A DNA stretch of 64,000 bases from Spirochaetia bacterium (GCA_965203905.1 CBDBDQ010000005.1:5568001-5632000); one strand, 5' to 3'. Positions 11,134 through 21,304 are shown, counted from the stretch's first letter. Made by a program: numbers and translations. The notes: generated by a model from the letters alone, not told the origin.

Positions 11134-11575
11134 CCGTACCGAGCCAGGTGCGGGCGCGGAGAATGTGGTCCAACGGCCGGAACAGCGACGAGAAGATATC
11201 CCGTACGATGCCGACCTCATCCACCAGGTAGGTGACCCGTCCGATCGGCAGCAGCCCGGAGTACGCGCCGTAGAGCCGGCGCACCGCATTGCCGGGATCG
11301 CTGACGATCGGGTACGGCAGCCTGCGGTGCTCGGCGAACTGCCGGTGCGATGCGATCGAGCCGCTGTTGATCCCCACCACCTCCGCACCGGCGTCGACCA
11401 GTTCGTCATAGGCGTCGCGGAACCCGCACGCCTGTGCCACGCAGCCTGGTGTCTCATCCTGAGGGTAGAAGAACAGCACCACCTTGCGGCCGCGCAGGGC
11501 GCTGAGGCGGAACGGCTCGCCGCCGGCGGTCGGCAATGTGAAATCGGGGGCTTCGTCTCCGACTGCGATCTTCAT
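11123..11575 (-). CDS. bcp: Peroxiredoxin, BCP/PrxQ family
   Basis: APDFTL, FYPQDETPGCVAQACGFRD (PxxxTxxC...C). Confidence 0.92.
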   Translation of the reverse strand: MKIAVGDEAPDFTLPTAGGEPFRLSALRGRKVVLFFYPQDETPGCVAQACGFRDAYDELVDAGAEVVGINSGSIASHRQFAEHRRLPYPIVSDPGNAVRRLYGAYSGLLPIGRVTYLVDEVGIVRDIFSSLFRPLDHILRARTWLGTVTR

Positions 11576-11638
11576 CGCGGACCTACGGTAGCGGGATCGC
11601 GCCGGGTGATCAACGACGCACCTGGAGCGAGGAATTCT

Positions 11639-11666
11639 ACTTCCGATAATGTATATTCTGTCTACT
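11639..11666 (+). other. dif-like XerC/XerD recombination site
   Basis: ACTTCCGATAA-TGTATA-TTCTGTCTACT: 11-6-11 layout, central hexamer identical to E. coli dif, AT-rich patch in an intergenic region; XerD arm deviates from TTATGT(T/C)AA(A/C)T. Confidence 0.6.
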
Positions 11667-11742
11667 TGCAGGTGAGAAAAACGCCGGCTTCCGTAGCGAC
11701 CTGCCTTCGCAGCGCTTGCGAGTACCCGGTATGCTGCTGCCC

Positions 11743-13299
11743 ATGACTATGGGCGAATACTGGGAAACGCTCCGCGGCGCGGTGCAGCGGACGGTGGACG
11801 CGGGACGCATCGGGCGGCCGGCGGCGCTGAGGCTGACGGTGCATGTCGGTGGCGAGGCGAGCGTGGCCGGCGAGTGCCGTGCAGCGGTGCGCGCGATGGC
11901 TGCCGGATGGTTCGGGAGCGAGCCTGTGGCGGTGCATCGCATTGGCGGCGACGGAGCGCCGTCGGTCGAGGCGCTGCGCTGGTCGGGCGGTCAGAGCGCC
12001 GTGTTGGCGGTGAGCGCGGGGCCCGGCCCTATCGGGGGCAACCTGGCGCTGATGGGCTCGAACGGAACGCTCTACCATGAGATCGGCGGCGACGCCGCCG
12101 CGATCGCGGCCGCAATGGGTGCACCGGAACCGGCGGCGGGCGGCGCGGCCGCTGGCAGCGGCGGGAAGGCGCGCTACGGCGTGGTTGCGGTGGGCGGGAA
12201 CCGCACCCACCTGGAGGGCTACGCACGCACGTTCGCGGCCGATCCGCGCTGCGAGTTGAAGGCGGTGGCGGACCAGCCGGGGCTGCCGGAGTACCGCGAG
12301 GGGCTGAACCGGCTGCTGGCGGCGGAGTTGGAGGTGCCGTATCTGCCGTTGGAGCAAGCGCTCGCTCTGGATGGCGTGGACATCGCGATCAACTGCGCCG
12401 ACGTCGAGCGCAGGGCGCCGGTGGCGCGCGCCATCCTGGAGGCCGGCAAGCACCTGTACGCCGACAAGCCGCTCGCCGGTACCCGCGAAGCGGCACGCGA
12501 AGTCGCCGCGGCGGCCGCAGCGGCGGGTGTCACCACGCAGATGTTCACCCAGGTGTGGTCGGATTGGGCGCAACGTGCCCGAGCGGCGATCGAGCAGGAC
12601 GTCACCGGACCGGTGCAGGCGCTGCACTGCGACATGCTGATGGCCAAGGGCAAGCCGGGCACGGCGCCGCCGGGAGCACGCAGAGAGCGTCCGGGCGACG
12701 GTCGCTTCACGTTCGTAGCCGCCAAGCGCGAACTGTTCGACATGGGCGTGTACCCCATCGCACTGGTGCAGTGGCTGAGCGGGCGCCGGATCGCGGAGGT
12801 ATACGCCGTGACCGGGAACTACTTCTTCGCCGAGCACGCGGCACTGGACATCGAGGACTACGGCGCGCTGGCGCTGCGGCTGGATGACGGGCGCGTGGCG
12901 AGCATCTGTTGCGGCCGGATCGGCGCCACCAGTCACCCGCGCATGGGTGAGCAGCGCATCACCCTGATCGGACAGCGTGGCATCTTTACGTTCTCCGACG
13001 CCAGTCCCCGGCTCGAGGTGTACAACGACCAGCCGCCGTTCACGGCACCGCCGGTGCATCCCTTCGATCCGATGCAGATGTGGTCCTCGTCGCAACGCGA
13101 CATCCAGCCCCGTCCCAAGGATCGCTGGGTGCCGTTGGCCGCCGGCGCGGCGGACACCGACGTGTGCGCGTTCCTGGACTGCATCGACCAGGGAAGGCGG
13201 CCGCAGGTGACCGTAGCCGACGCCGTGCACCACGTGGACGTGATCCTGGCCGGCTACGAGTCGGCGGCCAGTGGGAAGCCGGTTGCCCTGCCCCGATAG
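11743..13299 (+). CDS. Gfo/Idh/MocA oxidoreductase with an extra N-terminal domain
   Basis: GKHLYADKPLA motif, GVYPI; about 115-aa N-terminal module joined by an Ala/Gly linker. Confidence 0.8.
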   Translation: MTMGEYWETLRGAVQRTVDAGRIGRPAALRLTVHVGGEASVAGECRAAVRAMAAGWFGSEPVAVHRIGGDGAPSVEALRWSGGQSAVLAVSAGPGPIGGNLALMGSNGTLYHEIGGDAAAIAAAMGAPEPAAGGAAAGSGGKARYGVVAVGGNRTHLEGYARTFAADPRCELKAVADQPGLPEYREGLNRLLAAELEVPYLPLEQALALDGVDIAINCADVERRAPVARAILEAGKHLYADKPLAGTREAAREVAAAAAAAGVTTQMFTQVWSDWAQRARAAIEQDVTGPVQALHCDMLMAKGKPGTAPPGARRERPGDGRFTFVAAKRELFDMGVYPIALVQWLSGRRIAEVYAVTGNYFFAEHAALDIEDYGALALRLDDGRVASICCGRIGATSHPRMGEQRITLIGQRGIFTFSDASPRLEVYNDQPPFTAPPVHPFDPMQMWSSSQRDIQPRPKDRWVPLAAGAADTDVCAFLDCIDQGRRPQVTVADAVHHVDVILAGYESAASGKPVALPR

Positions 13300-13348
13300 G
13301 GAGCAACTCCCCTCCCCGGCCGCCGGCGCGTCGTGCTAAGCTGAGGCC

Positions 13349-14275
13349 ATGAACAAGATCGAACGCATGCAGGCGATGCTGCGGGGTGAACGCCCGGACC
13401 GGGTGCCGGCCGGGTTCTGGTTTCACTTTCCGGACGCCAACGCCGCCGGCCACGCGATGGCCCAGGCGCACATCGACTACTACCGTACCGCGGACCCCGA
13501 CCTGCTCAAGGTGATGAACGACAACGTCTACGAGCGGGTCGGCGTGGATGCCATCGAGACCCCCGCGGACTGGCGCAAGCTGGAGCCGGCGCCGCAGTCG
13601 TCGGCCGCCTACGAGGCACAGCTCAGCGGCCTGCGCGAACTGGTGGACACGCTCGGCGACGAGGTGCTGATGGCCACCACCATCTTCAATCCCTATGCCA
13701 CCGGAAACAAGATCAGCGACGGCAAGGTGACCGAGCACCTGAAGGAAGATCCCGAGTCGGTCTCGGTCGGACTCGGAGCGATTGCCGAGAGCCTGGCGGG
13801 CTTCGCCGCGGCCTGCATCGAGGCGGGTGCCGCCGGCATCTACTTCTCGGCCCAGGGCGGCGACGGCGATCGCTTCACCGCCGAGGAACATGCCCGCTAC
13901 GTCAAGCCGCACGACATCGCCGTGCTGGAAGCCGCCACCGCCGCCGGCGCCACCTGCAACGTGCTGCACGTGTGCGGCAAGGGGTTGCGCCTGGAGGACT
14001 TCCGGGACTATCCGGGGCACACGGTGAACTGGGCGCCACAGAACGACAATCCGAGCCTGAGCGCCGGCCGCGAGCTGTTTCAACGGCCGATCATCGGCGG
14101 GCTCGACGAGCGCGGTCCCATCGTGGACGGTCCGCGGGAGGCGATCGTGGACGAGGTGCGCACTGCGCTGGCCGAGATGGGAAGCGCCGGCTTCATGATC
14201 GGCGCCGGCTGCACCGTGCCCAACGACATCAACGTCCAGCACCTGGTGTGGGCGCGCGAGGCGGTGCCGGGGTAA
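13349..14275 (+). CDS. Uroporphyrinogen decarboxylase/methyltransferase-family protein
   Basis: GERPDRVP, FWFHF, LHVCG, IIGGLD, GAGCTVP. Confidence 0.85.
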   Translation: MNKIERMQAMLRGERPDRVPAGFWFHFPDANAAGHAMAQAHIDYYRTADPDLLKVMNDNVYERVGVDAIETPADWRKLEPAPQSSAAYEAQLSGLRELVDTLGDEVLMATTIFNPYATGNKISDGKVTEHLKEDPESVSVGLGAIAESLAGFAAACIEAGAAGIYFSAQGGDGDRFTAEEHARYVKPHDIAVLEAATAAGATCNVLHVCGKGLRLEDFRDYPGHTVNWAPQNDNPSLSAGRELFQRPIIGGLDERGPIVDGPREAIVDEVRTALAEMGSAGFMIGAGCTVPNDINVQHLVWAREAVPG

Positions 14276-14970
14276 TGAGCGACTCGCTCGTCGCGGCACC
14301 TACCCTGCCCTTGCAGAGCGGTGATCACCTGACGCGGCGGGAGTTCGAACGGCGTTACGCCGCGCACCCGGAAATCAAGAAGGCGGAACTGATCGAGGGG
14401 CGGGTCTACGTGTCATCGCCATTGCGCTTTGCTGCTCACGGGCAACCTCACATCGCGGTCGCGGCGTGGCTGGGTACCTACGCCGCCTTCACGCCGCCGG
14501 TAAGTGCGGCCGACAACGCCACCGTACGCCTCGATGCGATCAATGAGCCCCAGCCGGACGCTCAGTTGCGCCTCGATCCTGCCGCGGGTGGCCATTCGCG
14601 GCTCGACGAGGACGATTACGTGGAAGGGGCGCCCGAACTGGTCATCGAAATCGCGGCCAGCAGCGCGTCCTACGACCTGCATGACAAACTGCACGCGTAC
14701 CGCCGCAATGGCGTGGACGAGTACCTGGTATGGCGCGTTCACGAGCGCCAGTTCGATTGGTTCGTCCTCGTGGGCGACGACTACGTACCGCTCGCCCCCG
14801 ATGGTTGGGGCATTCTCCGCAGCAGGATGTTCCCCGGGCTGTGCCTCGACGTAGGGGCGTTGCTGGCGGGCGACCTCGCTCGGGTCCTGGCCACGTTGCA
14901 GCGCGGACTGGAGAGTCCCGAGCACGCCGCATTCGTGGCGCGTGTGCAAGGGCCGGGCGATCAGGGGTAG
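14275..14970 (+). CDS. Uma2-family PD-(D/E)XK endonuclease
   Basis: KAELIEG, EPQPD, GAPELVIEIAASS, YRRNGVDEYLVW; TAATG coupling to the upstream gene. Confidence 0.9.
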   Translation: MSDSLVAAPTLPLQSGDHLTRREFERRYAAHPEIKKAELIEGRVYVSSPLRFAAHGQPHIAVAAWLGTYAAFTPPVSAADNATVRLDAINEPQPDAQLRLDPAAGGHSRLDEDDYVEGAPELVIEIAASSASYDLHDKLHAYRRNGVDEYLVWRVHERQFDWFVLVGDDYVPLAPDGWGILRSRMFPGLCLDVGALLAGDLARVLATLQRGLESPEHAAFVARVQGPGDQG

Positions 14971-15971
14971 CGGGCGCGGAATTCCCCTACCCGCGCGCGG
15001 GCGTTGACCTCCAGCCCGCTGCGCTCGCCGCGGGCCAGGAGCTGGTAGCCGAGACCGGCGATCATGGCCGCGTTGTCGGTGCACAACGTCAGGCTGGGGT
15101 ACACGGTACGCACCGGCGCCTCATCCAGGCGTTGCCGCAGATAGGTGTTGGCGGCTACCCCACCGGCGGCGACCAGGCACTCGATCCCGGTCTCGCGGCA
15201 GGCCAGCAGCGCCTTGTCCACCACGATGTCCACGGCGGTCTGCTGAAAGGCGGCGGCGAGGTTGGGCTGAGTATCGGGAAAGGCAGGATCGCGGAATTGC
15301 TCCCGCTGGTGGATCACCGCCGTCTTGAGTCCCGAGTAGGAGACGTCGAAGCGGTGGTCTCCCTTGTGCAGCGAGGGGCGCGGAAAGCGGTAGGCCGCGG
15401 GGTCGCCAGCGGCCGACAGGCGCTGGATCGCGACGCCGCCCGGATAGCCCATGGAGAAGTACTTGGCCACCTTGTCGAACGCCTCGCCGCAGGCGTCGTC
15501 GATGGTGGCCCCCAGCACCTTGATGCGGTCGAAGCCGTGGACTTCCGCAATGAGCGTGTGCCCCCCCGACAACAGCAGTCCGATGTACGGATAGGAGAGG
15601 TCGCACTCCATGTGTGGGGCGTAGAAGTGGGCCTGCACGTGATCCACCGCAATCAGCGGCAGGTCACGTACCAAGGCCAGCCCCTTCGCATACGAGAGCC
15701 CGACCAGCAGCGATCCGATCAGACCGGGCCGCGTGGTCACCGCTACCGCGTCCATTCCGTCAAGGCCAGCCGCCGCCTCGCGCAGTGCGTGCTCCACGAC
15801 GGCATCGATCCACTCGACGTGCTTGCGGCTGGCGATCTCGGGCACCACGCCCTGGTAACGCCGGTGTTCCTCGATTTGGGAATAGACAATGTTGCTGCGG
15901 ATCTCGACACCGTCGGTGACCACCGCCGCGGCGCACTCGTCACATGAGGTCTCGATCCCCAGAACGGTCAT
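14961..15971 (-). CDS. tsaD: tRNA threonylcarbamoyltransferase subunit TsaD
   Basis: LGIETSCDE, GVVPEIASRKH, HVQAH, SGGHT, DDACGEAFDKVA, CTDNAAMIA. Confidence 0.97.
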   Translation of the reverse strand: MTVLGIETSCDECAAAVVTDGVEIRSNIVYSQIEEHRRYQGVVPEIASRKHVEWIDAVVEHALREAAAGLDGMDAVAVTTRPGLIGSLLVGLSYAKGLALVRDLPLIAVDHVQAHFYAPHMECDLSYPYIGLLLSGGHTLIAEVHGFDRIKVLGATIDDACGEAFDKVAKYFSMGYPGGVAIQRLSAAGDPAAYRFPRPSLHKGDHRFDVSYSGLKTAVIHQREQFRDPAFPDTQPNLAAAFQQTAVDIVVDKALLACRETGIECLVAAGGVAANTYLRQRLDEAPVRTVYPSLTLCTDNAAMIAGLGYQLLARGERSGLEVNARARVGEFRARYP

Positions 15972-17020
15972 GGGCTGGCAGTGGATCCGTGCTGCCCGCC
16001 ACCGCCCGGTCCGTTGGCGACACGTTGCGCGTCGCCGGGAGGGAACAGCGCGGACAGCGGCACCACCTCGTAGCCGCGGCGCTGGAGCTGCGGATACACC
16101 TCGAACAGCGCTGTGGCAACGTCCGTCACCGAAGCGTGGCCGATCAGCACCGCGTGCCCGTGCTCGCGGGCGACCGCGAGACCCTTCCGCAGTGCCGCCC
16201 GGATCGCCGCGGGATCACGATCGTGGTCCAGGAACACGTCGCGCTGCATGAACGGCACGCCATACTTGGCGGCGTAGGGAGCGGCGACGCTGGTCGGCGT
16301 GGTGCGGCTGTCGACGAAGAACTTGCCGCTCTCGGCAAGATACGCCATCACCGCGTTCATGATGCGGGGATCCGCGGTGCCGGCCGATCCCATGTGGTTG
16401 TTGGTGCCCGCGGCGCCGGTGATGGAATCGAAGTTGCGCTCCAGGAGGCTCCGGATCTCGCCATCGGAGAGCTCGGCGGTTACCGTACCGGGCCCGGGAT
16501 AGAGGCCGCTGACCGCCGCCATGGGCAGATGCAGGATCACCTCGTGACCGTGGGAACGCGCCAGCTTCGCCGCTCGCGCCGAGTGCTGCAGTTGCGGCAG
16601 CACGGCGAAGGTCAGCGGTGCCGGGAACTCCAGAAACGGGCGTAGTTCCTGCAGGTTGTTGCCGGCGTCGTCGATCACGATGGCCAGTCTCGCGCCAGCA
16701 GCCTGAGGCGGGGGCGCGGTGCGAGCTGCCTCGGGGCGGGGCTCGGGCTGGAGTTCCGGGGTCGCCGCGGTCTCCGGCGGCTCGCCCATCGGCGGAGGTT
16801 CGAACGCCGGCCCCACCGTGGGCAGTGCGCGGTCGGGGACCCACGGCAACCGGAACGCAACCTCACGTTCCGGCGCGGTGGCGCCGGATTCCGGCGGCCG
16901 CAGAACGAGACCGACGAGAATCCCGGTGAGGACCACGATCATCGTGACCAGGAACACCACCAGGCGCGCCTGCGGCACCTGGGCCGTTCTGCTCCTGCCG
17001 CTCATCCGCAAATGGCCCAT
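15968..17020 (-). CDS. Divergent polysaccharide deacetylase (YibQ family), membrane anchored
   Basis: AIVIDDAG, HLPM, NNHMGS, FVDSRT, RDVFLD, IGH. Confidence 0.9.
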   Translation of the reverse strand: MGHLRMSGRSRTAQVPQARLVVFLVTMIVVLTGILVGLVLRPPESGATAPEREVAFRLPWVPDRALPTVGPAFEPPPMGEPPETAATPELQPEPRPEAARTAPPPQAAGARLAIVIDDAGNNLQELRPFLEFPAPLTFAVLPQLQHSARAAKLARSHGHEVILHLPMAAVSGLYPGPGTVTAELSDGEIRSLLERNFDSITGAAGTNNHMGSAGTADPRIMNAVMAYLAESGKFFVDSRTTPTSVAAPYAAKYGVPFMQRDVFLDHDRDPAAIRAALRKGLAVAREHGHAVLIGHASVTDVATALFEVYPQLQRRGYEVVPLSALFPPGDAQRVANGPGGGGQHGSTASP

Positions 17021-17111
17021 GGCGCTGACGGCGCCCGCGTATCTCCCGTGCCACGCTTCACGTTCTGTTTATCGGTTGCACCCGGTCGCGGGATTACGCA
17101 CACTGCCTCCC

Positions 17112-17819
17112 ATGTGCGGGCGTTACGCGTTGTACGCGGAGACCGAGGAGTTGATCGCGACGTTCGCCGTGCAGCGTGATGCCGCCACTCCCCACCTGGA
17201 GCCCCGCTACAACGTCGCTCCCACCCAGGACGTACCCATAGTCGTCGCGGAACGCGGTGCGCGGCGCCTGCGGCTGGTGCGCTGGGGACTGGTGCCGTCG
17301 CAGTGGTCCACACCCGAGGAGCGCCGGGCACCGCTGATCAACGCGCGCGCGGAGAGCGTGGCGTCGCGCCCGGTATTCCGCCACGCCTACGCGAGCAGCC
17401 GCTGCCTGATACCCGCCAGCGGTTTCTTCGAGTGGCGCCGTGCGGATGGCGTGCGCCAGCCCTACTTCGTGACCATCGACTCGGGAGGCCCGCTGGCCTT
17501 CGCCGGCCTCCACGACGTGTGGCAGCGGGACGACCAGCCCCCGGTACCGAGCTGCACCATCATCACGGTCCCGCCCAACTCGCTGGTGGCCGGACTCCAC
17601 GACCGGATGCCGGCGCTGCTGCCCGCCGCGGACTGGGAGCCGTGGCTCGACCCCGCCGCCCCGCGCGATGCGCTGCGCAGCCTGCTGCGCCCGGCCGAGA
17701 TCCGGCTGGCCATCCACCCGGTGACCCCGCGCATGAACCACCACGCCTACGAGGAGCCCGCGGCGGTCGCACCGCTGGCGGCAGCGGCCGGTGCCGAGCA
17801 GTTGAGCCTGGAGTGGTAG
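17112..17819 (+). CDS. SOS response-associated peptidase (SRAP/YedK, abasic-site processing)
   Basis: MCGRY N-terminus, RYNVAPTQ, WGLVP, INARAE, GFFEW, HDRMP. Confidence 0.95.
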   Translation: MCGRYALYAETEELIATFAVQRDAATPHLEPRYNVAPTQDVPIVVAERGARRLRLVRWGLVPSQWSTPEERRAPLINARAESVASRPVFRHAYASSRCLIPASGFFEWRRADGVRQPYFVTIDSGGPLAFAGLHDVWQRDDQPPVPSCTIITVPPNSLVAGLHDRMPALLPAADWEPWLDPAAPRDALRSLLRPAEIRLAIHPVTPRMNHHAYEEPAAVAPLAAAAGAEQLSLEW

Positions 17820-17847
17820 GCAGCGGCAACGTGTGCCGCCGCGACCT

Positions 17848-18795
17848 CTATTCCTGAGCCAGCACGAAGTAGTGGCCCGGATTCCAGGCCTGGCAGATCA
17901 GGTAGAGCTGTCCGTCATGCTCGTACCACACCGTGTTGTGAATGTGGTCGGCCAGCTCGACGCCCAGCTCTTCCTTCGGCCGGATGGTGGACACCACCGC
18001 ATAGGTGTTGGCATCCAGGATGTAGATGGGCGCCGCCCTCCCCTCCTGGGGATCGTCGAGGCTGCCCACCAGGGCATACCAGTGGTGGCCGCGCTGCAGG
18101 AAGTCGATGCCGCACGGCTTGGAGTTGTCCGGGATGCCGTGCGAGGAATGGAAATGGCCGCCGTGGCTGAAGTGCTGAAAGCGGGCATGGGGCCGGTCCG
18201 CGATCGACAGGTGGTGGCCGTCCGGATGCGCCCCCAGGCCGTGGGCGGTGCCGAACAGTCCCTCGGCCGTCGGGTCGTCGCTCCTGCCGGCGAAGATACC
18301 CGTCCACGTTCCCTGCGCCGGATCGACGGTGGAGATGTAGTTGGCGCCGTAGCCGTCGGCCACGTACAGGGTCCCATCGGCGAAGGTGGTGTCGGTGGGC
18401 TTGTACGGCGTCTCGGCATCCTGGTACTCGTCGAACTCCGGCCGTGAGAGCATATAGTCCACGTTGCCGTCCAGGCTGATCACCACCACCTTTTCGTCGT
18501 TGTTGGCGGGCAGCACCAGGCGCCGCTTGCCGTCGAACTCGATCAGCGTGGTGCCGTGAAAGTTGACCGGCTTCAGGTCGGAGGGCAGCTCGATGATCTC
18601 CTGGCCGCTCAGGTCGGGCGCGATCGACATCAGCCCGCAGCCGGGCATGCCGTAGTAGATGTGCCCGCCGGGGCTCGGGTCCACGGCGAAGCCGCCGTGC
18701 AGGTCGACCTCGCACGGCCGCGCCGCCTCGGGCAGGGTGTACAGGTCCTCGCACAGTGAGAACACGAAGGGTGCTTGACCGCTGGTCTTGGGCAT
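17848..18795 (-). CDS. NHL-repeat / six-bladed beta-propeller protein
   Basis: PTDT, LYVADGYG, AHGL, IADR repeats; GAGG RBS before MPKTSG. Confidence 0.75.
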   Translation of the reverse strand: MPKTSGQAPFVFSLCEDLYTLPEAARPCEVDLHGGFAVDPSPGGHIYYGMPGCGLMSIAPDLSGQEIIELPSDLKPVNFHGTTLIEFDGKRRLVLPANNDEKVVVISLDGNVDYMLSRPEFDEYQDAETPYKPTDTTFADGTLYVADGYGANYISTVDPAQGTWTGIFAGRSDDPTAEGLFGTAHGLGAHPDGHHLSIADRPHARFQHFSHGGHFHSSHGIPDNSKPCGIDFLQRGHHWYALVGSLDDPQEGRAAPIYILDANTYAVVSTIRPKEELGVELADHIHNTVWYEHDGQLYLICQAWNPGHYFVLAQE

Positions 18796-18889
18796 GGTGG
18801 CCTCCTCGTTTGCCGGGCGATGTCGTGCGCCATGGTAGCCGATTTGCCGGTGCTTGGTCGCGCCGCCGGCACGTGGTTTAATGATTGGC

Positions 18890-19891
18890 ATGAGAATGGC
18901 GCAGTACGGCATCGGCCACGACCATGCCGCGGGCAAGGCGCGGGTGATGCGGGACAGCGAGGCGGTCGATCTGGTGGGCGTATGCGAGCCGTCGGAGCGG
19001 TTGCGCGCGGCCCTGGGCGGGACTTCGACCTACGCCGGCGTGCACTGGTTTGCGACCTCGGAAGAGATGCTCGAGGACTCCACGATCGAGGCGATTGCGG
19101 TGCAGGGGCGGGTGTCGGAAAACCTGGCGTTCGCCCGTGCCTGCCTGGAGCACGGCAAGCACGTGTGGCTGGACAAGCCCGCCGGCGACGACCTGGAGGC
19201 GTTCGCCGCGATCCTGGAGCTGGCCGCGGCACGCAAGCTGCACCTGCAGCTCGGCTACATGTTCCGCTACAACGCGGGGTTCCAGTTCATCGTCGACTGG
19301 GCTGCATCCGGCAAGCTGGGCGACCTGGTTTCGGTACGGGCGCGGATTTCGAGCGGCACCTCGGCTGCCGACCACTGGATGCGCTGGGACTCGCGCGGCG
19401 AGCGCGCCGGCGGCATCATGTTCATTCTCGCCGGCCACCTGATCGACATCGTGGTGGCGCTGCTGGGACGGCCACACCGGGTGACGCCCTTCGCGCGCCA
19501 GCACAGCGCGGAGTATCCGTGGTACCGCGACAACACCGTCGCGGTGCTGGAGTATCCGGCGGCGCTGGCGGTGGTGGAGTCGGTTGCCGCGGAGGTGGAA
19601 TCCGGTCCGTCGCGCCGCCTGGAGGTGTACGGCACCCGCGGCAGCGCCATCCTGGAGCCGCTGGAGCCGCCGCGGCTGCGCCTGTGCCTCGATGCCGAGC
19701 GCGACGGCTTCGCCGCCGGCTGGCAGGAGGTGGCGGTGGAGCCCCGGCCGCGCTACGTCGAGAGCCTGCGCGCGTTCCTGGCCACGATCCGCGGCGAGCA
19801 GCCGGCCGACCGCAGCTTCGCCCACGAGCTGGCGGTGCAGGAGACGATCCTCGCCGCCGCCGGCCTGCAGTCCCTGTCAACTTCGGCGTAG
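18890..19891 (+). CDS. Gfo/Idh/MocA oxidoreductase
   Basis: GKHVWLDKPAG, GYMFRY, GHLID. Confidence 0.88.
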   Translation: MRMAQYGIGHDHAAGKARVMRDSEAVDLVGVCEPSERLRAALGGTSTYAGVHWFATSEEMLEDSTIEAIAVQGRVSENLAFARACLEHGKHVWLDKPAGDDLEAFAAILELAAARKLHLQLGYMFRYNAGFQFIVDWAASGKLGDLVSVRARISSGTSAADHWMRWDSRGERAGGIMFILAGHLIDIVVALLGRPHRVTPFARQHSAEYPWYRDNTVAVLEYPAALAVVESVAAEVESGPSRRLEVYGTRGSAILEPLEPPRLRLCLDAERDGFAAGWQEVAVEPRPRYVESLRAFLATIRGEQPADRSFAHELAVQETILAAAGLQSLSTSA

Positions 19892-19958
19892 CGGCGGGTT
19901 TCCGCTGCTGCGGCGGCACCGCCAGCGGCGGACCGCTCGCGGCGTGACCTGCGCGCGC

Positions 19959-21095
19959 CTACTTCCGGCGCTTGGGGCGCAGCCGGGCGGGCGTGTGGTC
20001 CTGGTACGTGTCGCTGGACACCAGCCGCAGCTCGCGGTCGGCGAGCGGCAACTTCACGCGCCGGAAGTCGCGGCGGTGCGACTCCCGCATCGCGATCGCG
20101 ACCTCCAGGGCCGCGAGGCCATCCTCACCGGAGCACTGCGGCGCCGCGCCGCTGGCGATGCAGGACACCAGGTCCTCGACGATGGCCAGCCCACTGGCCT
20201 GGAGGCGGTTGGGCAGCGGAAACGGGTACTCCGCCGGCAGTGAGCCCTGGAAGCGGTTGGACAGCGGGCGCATGCTGGGGCGCTCGGTGTTGCCCTGGAC
20301 CCGGCGAATCAGCTTCCAGCTCATGCCGTCGTCGCCGGTCCAGGCGCGCGCCTCGTCGCCGATGATGTCGAAGGAGGTGAAGGCTGCGCCGCTGGGCATG
20401 GTGCGAATGAAGCCACGCACGCCGTTAGCGTAGGCCAGGTAGCCGTTGCCCTGCGGATCGTCGTCGCCGGCCGCAACGGCGTCCGACTCCATCTCGCCGA
20501 ACACCCACTCGACGTGGCTCCCGGCCAGGAAGTTCATGGTGTCGAGCATGTGGCTGCCGTTGCTCGACAGGCCAAAGGTGCCGTGCACGTTGATCTGGCG
20601 CAGCGTACCGAACTCGCCGGCGTCGAGCATCGTCTTGATCTCCTTGAACAGCGCGTTCCAGCGCCGGTGGCAGTTGACCGCCACCACGGTGCCGTGTTCG
20701 CGGCACACCTGCAACGCCGAATCCGCCTCCGCCAGGCTCACGGAGATCGGTTTCTCCGCCCAGATGCCGCGCACCCCGGCGCGCGCCGTGTCCTCGATGA
20801 TGGCGGCACGCGGGCGGGCGCTGGTGCACATGCTGACCAGGTCCAGATTCTCCCGCGCCAGCATCTCGCGGTAGTCCGCGTAGACGTGCTCTTCTTCCAG
20901 GCCCCACCGTTCCGCGAACCAGGTGCGCTGCTGGGCGTTGGGATCCGCCCCTGCGACCAGTTCCACCAGCGGCGACTCCGCGTAGGCCGGTGCGTGACAG
21001 TACGGCAGGAAGAACGTGCCGCCCCGGATGATCTCGTCGTCGAAGGTGCTGCCGATGCGCCCCAGACCGATAACCGCTGCTCGAAGCCGTGCCAT
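19959..21095 (-). CDS. Gfo/Idh/MocA oxidoreductase
   Basis: VIGLGRIG, AEKPI, NCHRRW, GSHMLD. Confidence 0.88.
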   Translation of the reverse strand: MARLRAAVIGLGRIGSTFDDEIIRGGTFFLPYCHAPAYAESPLVELVAGADPNAQQRTWFAERWGLEEEHVYADYREMLARENLDLVSMCTSARPRAAIIEDTARAGVRGIWAEKPISVSLAEADSALQVCREHGTVVAVNCHRRWNALFKEIKTMLDAGEFGTLRQINVHGTFGLSSNGSHMLDTMNFLAGSHVEWVFGEMESDAVAAGDDDPQGNGYLAYANGVRGFIRTMPSGAAFTSFDIIGDEARAWTGDDGMSWKLIRRVQGNTERPSMRPLSNRFQGSLPAEYPFPLPNRLQASGLAIVEDLVSCIASGAAPQCSGEDGLAALEVAIAMRESHRRDFRRVKLPLADRELRLVSSDTYQDHTPARLRPKRRK

Positions 21096-21240
21096 GGACC
21101 GGCAGCATGCACCCAACTGACGCACCGCGCAAGACGGCACCGGCGAAGCGGGTGCGGGGGCAAGCGGGACTTGAACATGAATCGATGAAGCCATATTATA
21201 TTTATGGATTATGCGCTTGATCGTCAGGACGCGGGGCTGG

Positions 21241-21267
21241 TTGACGATAGATCGTCTATCCCATAAC
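21241..21267 (+). promoter_or_regulatory. Candidate promoter/operator of the first AbiE operon
   Basis: TTGACG followed by the palindrome GATAGA-TCG-TCTATC (21246-21260), about 45-65 bp upstream of the antitoxin start. Confidence 0.4.
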
Positions 21268-21304
21268 CAGCTCTGGGAAACGTGATAGGAAGTCAACGGC
21301 CATC

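Noticed and set aside
21191-21207. AT-rich palindrome CCATA-N7-TATGG as a second dif-like site
   Set aside because: Spacing is one base short of dif geometry and the arms do not match; more likely a promoter or operator element.
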